Assembly (NCBI GenBank): GCA_965212055.1
Contig: OZ243041.1
Coordinates: 484,149 to 548,148 of the forward strand
DNA: 64,000 nt
Reading direction: 5' to 3'
Source: Fidelibacterota bacterium
GTDB lineage: Bacteria; Fidelibacterota; Marinisomatia; Marinisomatales; Marinisomataceae
The position numbers were made by a program, and so were the translations under genes. Below are positions 8,601-17,890 of the stretch, piece by piece. The notes below the pieces were generated by a model. It saw only the letters and a program-made list of their open reading frames with translations, ran no database searches and was not told the DNA's origin. The first letter of the stretch is position 1, and each line of letters begins with the position of its first letter.

Positions 8601-9333
8601 CCTTTCTTTCTTTTGGGTAATCATCAAATTGTTGATGATACCATTGATGTCCTTTAATAGCTCTTGGAACTAAGTTTGCCATTGTCCATATCATAAAAGA
8701 TAATCCTGCCAAAGACCAAGTCATTAATGCAAATGCAGTCCATTCTAAGATTTCTCCAAAATAATTGGGATAAGAGATGTATTTGAACAATCCTCCTCTT
8801 GGAATTTGGTATCCTTTATTTTCTGATCGTAATTTTAGGAGAATGGTATCCGATTGCATATTGATTACCATTCCTACAGCAAACAAAATAATTCCTAGAA
8901 TAAAATTCCAGTTGGTAGCATAATCAATTAGGTATGGTTCCATAGAGCCTAAGAAATAACCATTAATAAATCCGTTGATAATATTAAACAACAATGCAAA
9001 TACGGCAATAGAAAGGGGCATTTTTGCTGGATTTTTTTGTCGCATAGGATAAATAATGCTTCGATTAGAATAATGACCCATCCAACAGATAAAAAACACC
9101 CATGTAATCCAACTTTTTTCTTCTAATCCAGTAAGAAAAAAATAAGCAAATGCAGCAGGAGAGATAATTTCCATCACAAACCATCCTAATTTGCTTGGAA
9201 TCATTGGTCCCCAATTTGTATTAGCAAATTTTCCATACGGAGCGGGGATTTTTAAAAGAAGAATGAATGTTACAACTCCCAAGATAATCCAAGGCATCAA
9301 AATCATTTCATAAATTTGTAACATCGCCTCCAA
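8578..9333 (-). CDS. 3-oxo-5-alpha-steroid 4-dehydrogenase (SRD5A)-family membrane reductase
   Basis: Polytopic protein. The C-terminal GGLFKYISYPNYFGEILEWTAFAL matches the steroid 5-alpha-reductase C-terminal domain. The 3' end overlaps tadA by 23 nt (convergent). Confidence 0.75.
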   Translation of the reverse strand: MEAMLQIYEMILMPWIILGVVTFILLLKIPAPYGKFANTNWGPMIPSKLGWFVMEIISPAAFAYFFLTGLEEKSWITWVFFICWMGHYSNRSIIYPMRQKNPAKMPLSIAVFALLFNIINGFINGYFLGSMEPYLIDYATNWNFILGIILFAVGMVINMQSDTILLKLRSENKGYQIPRGGLFKYISYPNYFGEILEWTAFALMTWSLAGLSFMIWTMANLVPRAIKGHQWYHQQFDDYPKERKAIFPFFF

Positions 9334-9368
9334 TTTATAATTAATATTGATTCGTTCAAAGAGGGTTT

Positions 9369-10208
9369 ATGAGTGATAAAATTATAGTCATTACTGGTGC
9401 TACTGATGGAATAGGATTGGCTGCTGCAAAAACAATTGCAGGCCAAGGATATCGTATTGGTCTCGTCGGTAGAAATCCTGATAAAGGGAAGCAGGCAATG
9501 GAAGCAATTGTGTCTGAGACCGGTAATGATAAATTAGATTTCTTTCAAACAGATTTAAGTTTGGTGAAAGAAGTTACTTCTCTTTCTAATCAGATAAAAA
9601 ATAAATACTCTCACCTCAATGTTTTATTAAATAATGCAGGAGGAGCTAGTAAGGACAAAATAATTACTAGTGAAGGATTAGAAAGAACTTTTGCTACCAA
9701 TCAAATGAATTATTTTGTGCTTACCACCAACTTAATGGATATGTTATCAACTTCTGAAGGATCTAGAGTGGTCAATGTAGCTTCCAATGCTCATATTGGG
9801 GCAACAATTGATTTCGACAATATTAATTCAGAAAAAAAACATTCATGGTGGAGTACATACTGTGTTTCAAAGCTCATGAATATTATGTTTACTTATCGTT
9901 TAGCGCAGATTCAGAATAAAGTAACTGCGAATTGTCTCCATCCAGGATTTGTGAATACCAACATTGGAGGGAATGAGGGGAATACTATAAAACGTATTGT
10001 CAAATTTGGATCAAATTTATTTGCTAGAACAGTTGAAGATGGAGCAGATTCCAGTATTTATTTGTCAACATCGAATGATATACAAAATGTTTCAGGAAAA
10101 TATTTTTTCAAATGCAAAGAAATTAAATCATCAAAAGAGTCCTATAAACAAGCTCAATGGGACCAGCTTTGGAATGTTTGTAAATCTTATAAGGAACAAT
10201 TATCATAA
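9369..10208 (+). CDS. short-chain dehydrogenase/reductase (SDR)
   Basis: ITGATDGIGLAAA (TGxxxGIG), NNAG, and the catalytic YCVSK (YxxxK). Confidence 0.85.
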   Translation: MSDKIIVITGATDGIGLAAAKTIAGQGYRIGLVGRNPDKGKQAMEAIVSETGNDKLDFFQTDLSLVKEVTSLSNQIKNKYSHLNVLLNNAGGASKDKIITSEGLERTFATNQMNYFVLTTNLMDMLSTSEGSRVVNVASNAHIGATIDFDNINSEKKHSWWSTYCVSKLMNIMFTYRLAQIQNKVTANCLHPGFVNTNIGGNEGNTIKRIVKFGSNLFARTVEDGADSSIYLSTSNDIQNVSGKYFFKCKEIKSSKESYKQAQWDQLWNVCKSYKEQLS

Positions 10209-10642
10209 TGCAAAAAATCTTATCACGATCAGACTATGATTTTTTTACAACTGCGTCAACAAGATGGAGAGATTCAGATACGTTAGGGCATATCAATCAT
10301 ACAATTTATTTAAGCATCCTAGAAACAACACATAAAGATTTTATAGTACATATGTATGGAAAAGAAGCCGCTTTCGGTCTTGATAGCACAAGTGCAGGTT
10401 TATTGGCCTCAATGCAAGTGATGTATATAAAACAATCACATCACCCTGCTAAATTTGATATCGGTTTCCGTATCACTAGAGTTGGTACAAAGAGCTATGA
10501 TGTGCATGAAGCTTTATTTTTAGAAGGAGAAGATACTCCTGTTTTCCAAAGTATTCATACATTTGTGATGTTTAATTTTAAAGAACAAAAGTCAATTCCA
10601 GTAGATGATGTTATTAGAGATAATTTAAGAGCAGTAGAGTGA
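10208..10642 (+). CDS. hotdog-fold acyl-CoA thioesterase (4HBT/YbgC-like)
   Basis: 144 aa. N-terminal WRDSDTLGHINHTIYLSILE resembles the 4HBT catalytic region. Confidence 0.6.
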   Translation: MQKILSRSDYDFFTTASTRWRDSDTLGHINHTIYLSILETTHKDFIVHMYGKEAAFGLDSTSAGLLASMQVMYIKQSHHPAKFDIGFRITRVGTKSYDVHEALFLEGEDTPVFQSIHTFVMFNFKEQKSIPVDDVIRDNLRAVE

Positions 10643-11403
10643 TTACCTTATTATCTCCTTCCAAAAAATTAAATTTTGAACCTCAAAATATAGTTGATAA
10701 TTATACCCAGTGTGAGTTTATCAAAAGTGCTGAAATATTAGCTAATAAAGCTAAAAACTTTACTGAGAACGATCTAAAAGAACTAATGGATATAAGCGAT
10801 AAGCTTGCTCAATTAAATCGAGAACGATTTGATCGCTGGTCACTTCCATTTAATTCTTCCAATGCAAAACAGGCGATTCTAGCGTTTGATGGGGGAGTAT
10901 ATTCTGGTTTAAGAGCAAATACATTTTCTGGTAAAGATTTTGGATTTGCGCAAGATCATCTTCGGATTTTATCAGGATTGTATGGAATTCTAAAACCTCT
11001 TGATCTTATCCAGCCATATCGATTAGAAATGGGAGTTTCATTTCAAAATCCAAAAGGGAAGAACTTATATGATTTTTGGAAACAATCAATAACGGATAAT
11101 TTGAATGATACCCTAGAAAAACATCCATCACCTGTGATTGTTAACTGTGCATCAATTGAATATTTTTCTGCAATTGATTTATCGAAACTCAAAGGAAGCA
11201 TTCTTTCGATCGTATTCAAAGAATATCGAAATGGGGAATTAAAGTTTATCTCATTTAATGCAAAGAAAGCGAGAGGATTAATGACACAGTACATTGTTAA
11301 GAACAAGATAAATGATCATACTAATATCAAAGATTTTAATTATGAAGATTATAAATTTGATTCGAAGCTATCTGAAGATTCAAAATTTGTATTTACACGA
11401 TAA
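10639..11403 (+). CDS. yaaA: peroxide stress protein YaaA (UPF0246/DUF328)
   Basis: LLSPSKKLNF..ISDKLAQLNRERF..AILAFDGGVYSGL..LRILSGLYGILKPLDLIQPYRLEMG is collinear with E. coli YaaA. Confidence 0.9.
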   Translation: MITLLSPSKKLNFEPQNIVDNYTQCEFIKSAEILANKAKNFTENDLKELMDISDKLAQLNRERFDRWSLPFNSSNAKQAILAFDGGVYSGLRANTFSGKDFGFAQDHLRILSGLYGILKPLDLIQPYRLEMGVSFQNPKGKNLYDFWKQSITDNLNDTLEKHPSPVIVNCASIEYFSAIDLSKLKGSILSIVFKEYRNGELKFISFNAKKARGLMTQYIVKNKINDHTNIKDFNYEDYKFDSKLSEDSKFVFTR

Positions 11404-11412
11404 AGGCAGTTT

Positions 11413-12300
11413 ATGAGCTATATTTCTTTTTTTAAAGATCGGTTTATACCTACAGATGAAATTAATCTTAATTTTCGTGATAATTTTCTAAGCATTGTTC
11501 GAGGCTATCAAGTCTTTACATTTTTTAAAACTATAGATGAAGGAAAACCGCTTTTTTTAGATCATCATATTAAACGACTACTAAAAAATACAGAAACAAT
11601 GGGGATGAAGATAAATCAATCACATGATGATGTTAAGCAGTTGGTGTTTGATACCATAGCTGAAAACACTTCTTCTTCAGGTGAGTTTAGTATAATGATT
11701 GCGTTTCTAGGAGGAAAACCCGTTATTGGTTCTGATTTGTATTCAAACAGTCCTATGGATATTTTGGTTTTAGTAAATCCAATAAGAATATATCCAGCAG
11801 AATTTTATGCCAAAGGGATTACTGTTGGTCTTTTTGAATTTCAACGTCATTATGCAGAGATTAAAGCTCCTTTTACATATATAGGAGGGTTATTAGCACA
11901 AAATGCTATAATAAAAAGTGGTGACTATGATGAAGTCTTATATGTTTCAAATGGAAATATATTAGAAGGTACTACATTCTCATTTTTTGCAATTAATAAT
12001 AGTGAAGTTGTGCTAACAGCCCCGGCAGATGGGAATATTTTACGAAGCGTTACTAGGTCGGCTTTACTGAATGTTATAAAGAAAGAAGAGATGAAATTTG
12101 AAGAAAGGGATTTACCAATTGATGAAATGTATAGTTGTAAAGAAGCATTTATTGTGTCTTCCACTCGTGATATTATTCCTGTAGTTTCAGTTGATAATCA
12201 TACAATTGGGGATGGTTTAGTAGGGGAATCAACTAAGAAATTAATGGAACTTTATCAGAAAGAAATATTGGAGCTTGTTTCCAATAGGAACAATGTTTAA
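11413..12300 (+). CDS. class IV (branched-chain/D-amino-acid/ADC-lyase type) aminotransferase
   Basis: 295 aa. Fold-type IV patterns (..NGNILEGTTFSFFAI.., ..ILRSVTR.., ..EAFIVSSTRDIIPV..). Substrate cannot be assigned. Confidence 0.7.
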   Translation: MSYISFFKDRFIPTDEINLNFRDNFLSIVRGYQVFTFFKTIDEGKPLFLDHHIKRLLKNTETMGMKINQSHDDVKQLVFDTIAENTSSSGEFSIMIAFLGGKPVIGSDLYSNSPMDILVLVNPIRIYPAEFYAKGITVGLFEFQRHYAEIKAPFTYIGGLLAQNAIIKSGDYDEVLYVSNGNILEGTTFSFFAINNSEVVLTAPADGNILRSVTRSALLNVIKKEEMKFEERDLPIDEMYSCKEAFIVSSTRDIIPVVSVDNHTIGDGLVGESTKKLMELYQKEILELVSNRNNV

Positions 12301-12340
12301 AATTTTGCGTTTACTTAAGAAACAACATAGAGGTTATAAA

Positions 12341-12730
12341 ATGAAACATACTGGAATTGTTTTATTATTAAGTTTTTCTATTTTTTCATGCAGTGTTCCT
12401 GCAACCGCAACAAACAACGACTTTACGTTAGGAAAAGTTCAAAGCCAATTAAAAGAAGGTATGAGCTCTGCTAGCGTTGTTGAATTGTTGGGATCTCCAA
12501 ATATTGTAACCAATGCGAATGATGGATATGAAGTATGGACATACGACAAAGTTAGTAGCGAAGCAAAAGATGGTTCTGCTATGGGAGCAGGCGTTGTTCC
12601 TGGTGGAAGATTTCTTGGGATATTTGGTGGAAGTCGTAGTAGTAAAAGCAATAAAAATCTAACATTAACCATCAGGTTTACTCCTGCAGGTCTTGTTGAT
12701 AGTTTCAAATACCAAAGCATTAAATACTAA
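12341..12730 (+). CDS. BamE/SmpA-OmlA-like lipoprotein
   Basis: MKHTGIVLLLSFSIFSCS lipobox. GMSSASVVELLGSPNIV...EVWTYDK resembles the SmpA_OmlA domain. The track start 12275 lies inside the upstream gene, so ATG 12341 is preferred. Confidence 0.5.
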   Translation: MKHTGIVLLLSFSIFSCSVPATATNNDFTLGKVQSQLKEGMSSASVVELLGSPNIVTNANDGYEVWTYDKVSSEAKDGSAMGAGVVPGGRFLGIFGGSRSSKSNKNLTLTIRFTPAGLVDSFKYQSIKY

Positions 12731-13392
12731 TGGTTAGACGTATAGCACTTCATCTGGTTGTATTGAGCCATTTGTTTGTTGTTAGTTGTGGTAGCTCTGC
12801 TCCACCTCCTACAACAGCAGTAAAGCGCGCCATTGAGACAAGACAATATAACGTAGATTTTGATACTCTTATGAAAGGTTCAATTGGGGTATTACAAGAT
12901 CTAGGGTATACTATCGATGTACTCAATGACAATTATGGACTCATTACTGCCACCAAACAGACAACTCTAGGAGGTGGATCAGATGAGAAAGAGATGAGTA
13001 AAGGGCAAAAAGCTGCCATTGGAATAGGAGTTATATTAACCTTAGGATTATTAGCAGCAGCAGGTGGTGACAAAGATGATGATAATAATAATGATGATGG
13101 CGGTGGAGATTGTTTGTTCTGTGGTTGGGGCGGTAATAGTTCTAGTAATGATGGACCTAATGTATATAACTTGAAAACAACCATTAATGTTACACAGGAA
13201 TCTGAAGATCCAGTTTCTAGTACTATTCGTACAAATTTTCAAGCCTCTAGAGAACAAGGTGGTTCGGTAAAATATGCAGGAAGTAAACATTCAAATGAAT
13301 TCTTTCAAAGTTTCTTTTTTGCACTTGATAAATCCTTATTTTTAGATACCAATCTAGAAAGTGGAGAAGCTACAGTAATAGAGGAGAATTAA
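12730..13392 (+). CDS. lipoprotein, unknown function, with an internal hydrophobic + D/N/G-rich insert
   Basis: Lipobox VVSCGS. Central AAIGIGVILTLGLLAAAGG is followed by DKDDDNNNDDGGGDCLFCGWGGNSSSNDG. TAATG overlap with the upstream gene. Confidence 0.45.
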   Translation: MVRRIALHLVVLSHLFVVSCGSSAPPPTTAVKRAIETRQYNVDFDTLMKGSIGVLQDLGYTIDVLNDNYGLITATKQTTLGGGSDEKEMSKGQKAAIGIGVILTLGLLAAAGGDKDDDNNNDDGGGDCLFCGWGGNSSSNDGPNVYNLKTTINVTQESEDPVSSTIRTNFQASREQGGSVKYAGSKHSNEFFQSFFFALDKSLFLDTNLESGEATVIEEN

Positions 13393-13428
13393 ACAGCTTC
13401 TAATTAATTATAATTTTTCTTATACTTT

Positions 13429-16400
13429 GTGAGAATAATTATAATGATAAGACAATTAAAATATCTTTTTATAGGGGTTCTTTTACTTTCATTTCTTTTC
13501 CCGTCATCCGGAAGAAAAAGTCATTCTTCAGAGTTGTTAAATAGAGGAAGAACTATTCCAATTGCTTTATCGCAAGATTTCTTAGTAACTGCCAGAACTT
13601 TTTCAACGCTCACTCCTAGAGTAGTCGATATATATGATTTATATAATGGAATAAGTTCATTACAAAAGACTGGAGAATTAACTGCCCCTAACCCAACGGT
13701 AGGAGATGATTTTGGATTTAGTATAGCACTCCATAAAGATTATTTACTTATTGGAGCTCCGGGATCAAATAATGGATATGGAGCAGCATATTTATACCAT
13801 AAAAATTATGAAGGAGATTGGGTTCTGTTTAAGACTTATGAGAACCCCTATTCAGGAGTTTCTCAGAAATATGCTCAAAAATTTGGGTATAATGTTGCAT
13901 TAAATGATCAGTATGTTGTAATTGCTTCGCCATTTTATAATGATGGCAGTGTTTTTATCTATGATTTCAATCCTGATACCGAAGATTTTGCATATCAAAA
14001 TACTCCATTTAAAACGATTGATGTACGGGAATTAGGCGATGTAGAAGGTTGTTATGAATTAGGTCCAAATCAATTTGGATTTGGAGTTTCCCTTTCATTT
14101 AATAATGACAAACTGTTGATTGGTTCACTAAAAGATTTTGTGTATTTGGTTGAGTTCAACAATGGGGCTATACAAGGAGTAGAAATTCCTATTCCTACAG
14201 TAGAAAATGAGTATGATTCTTTTAGAATGCGTTTTGGGCAATCTGTATATGTAGGAGATTCCACTCTTTATGTAAGTGCGTTAGGGTTAAATAGCGGGAA
14301 AGGAAAGGTTTTTGCTTATCCTTATATTGGTTCGTCTAACAAAACGGATGAAAATCCTTGGACAAATTTTTATACTATTCAACCAGATGATTTGCTAGAA
14401 AACAATCATTTTGGGTATCAAATTAGTGAATTCAATAATCAATTAGCAGTTAGTACTTTTAATCAATCTCAAGTTTATTTGTATAGCAAAAACCAAAAAA
14501 ATAATCGATTTGAACTTGGAGAAATCATTACAAACAATGATTATAAAAAAGTAGATCATTTTGGTAGGAACATTACCTTATTAGACAATGCTTTAATAAC
14601 TGATGCATATTATGCCGATGAACTTATTCTATACAGTGATATGAATGTAAATCGATATTCGATACAGAGTCTTTCAACAAAAGGGGAAGTTGTATCAATC
14701 AAGAATAAGATTGAATGTACAGGGGGAGTTGCTGGATCCTATGAATGTAATGAAATTGATCTAATGGCATATATGGATAAAACAGAAATTGGAGGAACCA
14801 ATAATTCTAGTTTAAATGACATTTGGGGATGGACAGATCCAACTAGTCAACGAGAATATGCTTTGGTTGGATTAAGCAATGGAACATCATTTGTAGACAT
14901 AACTGATGCAGACGATCCAGTGTATTTAGGTCGCTTACCAACCCATACAAATAATTCAACATGGAGAGATATTAAGGTATACCAAAATCATGCATTTATT
15001 GTATCCGAAGCTGGAGGCCATGGAATGCAAGTATTTGACTTAACGGAACTCCGTAATGTAAGTAATCCACCGATACAATTTAGTGAAACAGCACACTACG
15101 CTCAATTTGGAAATGCGCACAATATTTTTATTAATGAAGATACTGGTTTTGCTTATGCAATAGGTACAAGTACCTGTGGTCCAGGAGGATTGCATATTGT
15201 TGATATTAGTAATCCGGTAGCTCCAGCAAAAGCAGCATGTATTTCTGATCCTGCAACCGGAAGAAGTGGGACAGGGTATGTACATGATGTTCAATGCGTA
15301 GTTTACAATGGACCAGATACAGAACACGTTGGAAAAGAAATTTGTGTTGGATCAAATGAAACAAATGTCTGGGTAGCCGATGTCAGTACGAAGAGTGATG
15401 ATTCTAGTGGAGACAAGACGATTGGTCTTGGTTCATATGATGATTACTATACGCACCAAGGGTGGCTTACAGAAGATCATCGATATTTTGTTCAAAACGA
15501 TGAATTAGATGAAAATAATGGTGCTGTTAATAGTACACGAACTTTAATATGGGATTTACAAGATTTAGATAATCCAGAGATTGAGACAACATACTTTGGT
15601 CCAACCTCTTCCATTGATCATAATAATTATATTATTGGTGATTATGTATATATGTCCCATTATACAAGTGGATTGCGCATTTTAGATATTAATGATATCG
15701 CTAACCCATCTGAAGTGGCATTTTTTGATGTATATCCATCTAATAACAATACTAGCTTTGATGGTACTTGGAGTAACTATCCTTATTTTGATAGCGGAAA
15801 TGTAGTGGTTACTAGTATTGATGAAGGTTTGTTTGTTCTTCGTCCAACTTTTAATATTAATCAACCTTCTGTGCCAACAGGTATCTCATACTCTATTCCA
15901 ACTGATGGTACTGTAACTTTCTCCTGGAATATTGGTATTGATTCATCAATAAGCTTTAGAGTATATCGAGATGAAGAGCCAGGATTTACTCCTTCATCTT
16001 CAAATTTGATTGCAGAATTGGCTTATCCGGCAGCAACCTATTCGGATGAGAATCTAGATACAAACAAAATTTATTATTACATACTATCTGCTGTGAATCA
16101 AGAAGGTACTGAGAGTGATTTTTCTTCAGAATTTAAAATTACACCTTTAGTATATGTTAATGTTCCACCAACCATTGATACAGTTTCAAATGTCCAAATA
16201 AATGAAGATGGATATACCGTAGCTCTTCTTACAGGAATTTCTTATGGTGGAGATGTAAATTCTCAAGATATTGAAATTTCAGCTTATACAGCGGATACAA
16301 ATTTATTTTCTAATTTAACTGTAGATTACAATAGTCCGTCCACCACAGGATCACTTGATTTAGTTCCAGAAGCAAATGCAAATGGATCATCTGTAATTCA

Positions 16401-17175
16401 TATTACAGTTAAAGATAATGGTGGAGTCGAAAATGGGGGAATTGATTCAGTGAGGGTATCTTTTAATGTGGATGTATTAGCAATAAATGATGCTCCAAAT
16501 TCTTTTACTGCTCAAGGAGAATATTTACTCAATATTATTGATGGTTCTGGATCATTTTTAACAACAGAATATTTATTTATTACCCCAGAAAACGAACAAG
16601 ACTCATTGCGATTTATGTGGAATCCATCTATTGATGTTGATGGAGACAATGTTCAATATCGTATGCTTGGTTATGAAGATTTAGAGTTTCTAACAATGAA
16701 TACATGGGTTGATGATACAGCTATAACATGGGCAATTAAAGACTTAGCATCCCAAACAGATACGGTAAATGTATCAGAAGGTGCATGGTCTGTAATTGCT
16801 ACTGATGGACAATCCTTTAAGACAGCAAGTACTGGTAGTATAGGCGATTTAAAGATTGATGCAAGGGCATTGATACCTGATGTTTTTGATTTACGTCAGA
16901 ATTATCCTAATCCTTTTACTAATTCAACTACGATTGAATATGATGTACCTGAAGCACAACAAATTGTGCTCCGTATATTTAACATTAGAGGACAATTAGT
17001 AAAGACATTGGTAGAAGAAGAACAATCAGCAGGTTATAAGTCTGTTACATGGGATGGAACCAATAATAATGGTGATTCAGTAAGTGCTGGAATATATTTC
17101 TGCCAAATGTATACTCCGGCCAATCCATATGGCGGACAATTTGTTCGAACCAAGAAAATGCTACGATTAAGGTAA
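13429..17175 (+). CDS. large secreted multidomain protein: FG-GAP-like repeats, choice-of-anchor-B/LVIVD-type beta-propeller region, Fn3/cadherin-like Ig domains, T9SS C-terminal sorting domain
   Basis: GDDFGFSIALHKDYLLIGAPGSNNGYGAAYLY (FG-GAP-like). LNDIWGWTDPTSQREYALVGLSNGTSFVDITDADDPVYLG and WRDIKVYQNHAFIVSEAGGHGMQVFDL (choice-of-anchor B / LVIVD-like). C-terminus NYPNPFTNSTTIEYDVP...IFNIRGQLVKTL...WDGTNNNGDSVSAGIYFCQM...KKMLRLR is a Por_Secre_tail-type CTD (about nt 16890-17172). ATG 13444 (MIRQLKYLF...) is an alternative start. Confidence 0.75.
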   Translation: MRIIIMIRQLKYLFIGVLLLSFLFPSSGRKSHSSELLNRGRTIPIALSQDFLVTARTFSTLTPRVVDIYDLYNGISSLQKTGELTAPNPTVGDDFGFSIALHKDYLLIGAPGSNNGYGAAYLYHKNYEGDWVLFKTYENPYSGVSQKYAQKFGYNVALNDQYVVIASPFYNDGSVFIYDFNPDTEDFAYQNTPFKTIDVRELGDVEGCYELGPNQFGFGVSLSFNNDKLLIGSLKDFVYLVEFNNGAIQGVEIPIPTVENEYDSFRMRFGQSVYVGDSTLYVSALGLNSGKGKVFAYPYIGSSNKTDENPWTNFYTIQPDDLLENNHFGYQISEFNNQLAVSTFNQSQVYLYSKNQKNNRFELGEIITNNDYKKVDHFGRNITLLDNALITDAYYADELILYSDMNVNRYSIQSLSTKGEVVSIKNKIECTGGVAGSYECNEIDLMAYMDKTEIGGTNNSSLNDIWGWTDPTSQREYALVGLSNGTSFVDITDADDPVYLGRLPTHTNNSTWRDIKVYQNHAFIVSEAGGHGMQVFDLTELRNVSNPPIQFSETAHYAQFGNAHNIFINEDTGFAYAIGTSTCGPGGLHIVDISNPVAPAKAACISDPATGRSGTGYVHDVQCVVYNGPDTEHVGKEICVGSNETNVWVADVSTKSDDSSGDKTIGLGSYDDYYTHQGWLTEDHRYFVQNDELDENNGAVNSTRTLIWDLQDLDNPEIETTYFGPTSSIDHNNYIIGDYVYMSHYTSGLRILDINDIANPSEVAFFDVYPSNNNTSFDGTWSNYPYFDSGNVVVTSIDEGLFVLRPTFNINQPSVPTGISYSIPTDGTVTFSWNIGIDSSISFRVYRDEEPGFTPSSSNLIAELAYPAATYSDENLDTNKIYYYILSAVNQEGTESDFSSEFKITPLVYVNVPPTIDTVSNVQINEDGYTVALLTGISYGGDVNSQDIEISAYTADTNLFSNLTVDYNSPSTTGSLDLVPEANANGSSVIHITVKDNGGVENGGIDSVRVSFNVDVLAINDAPNSFTAQGEYLLNIIDGSGSFLTTEYLFITPENEQDSLRFMWNPSIDVDGDNVQYRMLGYEDLEFLTMNTWVDDTAITWAIKDLASQTDTVNVSEGAWSVIATDGQSFKTASTGSIGDLKIDARALIPDVFDLRQNYPNPFTNSTTIEYDVPEAQQIVLRIFNIRGQLVKTLVEEEQSAGYKSVTWDGTNNNGDSVSAGIYFCQMYTPANPYGGQFVRTKKMLRLR

Positions 17176-17181
17176 ATTGCG

Positions 17182-17889
17182 TTGAATTGGTTACGTAGGT
17201 TATATGACTGGATACTTTCTTTAGCAGATAGCGCTTATGGAGTTGTTGCGCTGTTTCTTGTTTCCTTTGCAGAATCCTCTTTTTTCCCTATTCCAGCTGA
17301 TCCTTTATTAATAGCATTAGCATTAGGAAAGGTAAAACGTGCATTCTATTATGCTTTTGTTTGTACTGCTGCCTCTGTGTTTGGTGGAATGTTTGGCTAT
17401 TTTATTGGACAGTATATCTGGTATGACCCTTCAGATCCTTCAGGATTTTCAGAGATAGCAAGATCTATCTTTGATAATGTACCATGGATTACTGCGGAAA
17501 AATTTGAAGTTGCACAAGATTGGTATAAATGTTATGATTTTTATGCAATTTTTATCGCAGCTTTTACTCCAATTCCTTATAAAATTTTTGCTATTGCTGC
17601 CGGAGTAGCTGGAATTAATTTACCAACCTTTATTTTGGCATCTATAATAGGTAGAGGGTTGCGTTTTTATATTCAGAGCACATTGATATGGTTCTTCGGT
17701 CCCACTATTAAGAAAATGATGGATAAATATTTTAATTGGTTTATCATTATTTTGACTATTATTTTTGTTTTAAGTTATTTTTTTATTGGATATATGTCAG
17801 AATCAACAGTATTTTCTTGTCCTCAAGGGGAAGAAACAATAACAACTCAAGAAGAAGCATTGGTGGAGGAATTGAAATATCCAAAATAA
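17182..17889 (+). CDS. YqaA/DedA-related (VTT-domain) membrane protein
   Basis: LFLVSFAESSFFPIPADPLLIALAL is the YqaA-type motif. Multiple TM helices. TTG start. Confidence 0.65.
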   Translation: MNWLRRLYDWILSLADSAYGVVALFLVSFAESSFFPIPADPLLIALALGKVKRAFYYAFVCTAASVFGGMFGYFIGQYIWYDPSDPSGFSEIARSIFDNVPWITAEKFEVAQDWYKCYDFYAIFIAAFTPIPYKIFAIAAGVAGINLPTFILASIIGRGLRFYIQSTLIWFFGPTIKKMMDKYFNWFIIILTIIFVLSYFFIGYMSESTVFSCPQGEETITTQEEALVEELKYPK

Positions 17890-17890
17890 C

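Noticed and set aside
12275-12340. Extended starts for the lipoprotein genes: 12275, and likewise 39056 for the AhpD-like gene
   Set aside because: The extensions overlap the preceding genes and encode no signal peptide. The internal ATGs give a proper lipobox (12341) and a 2-nt intergenic spacing (39140).
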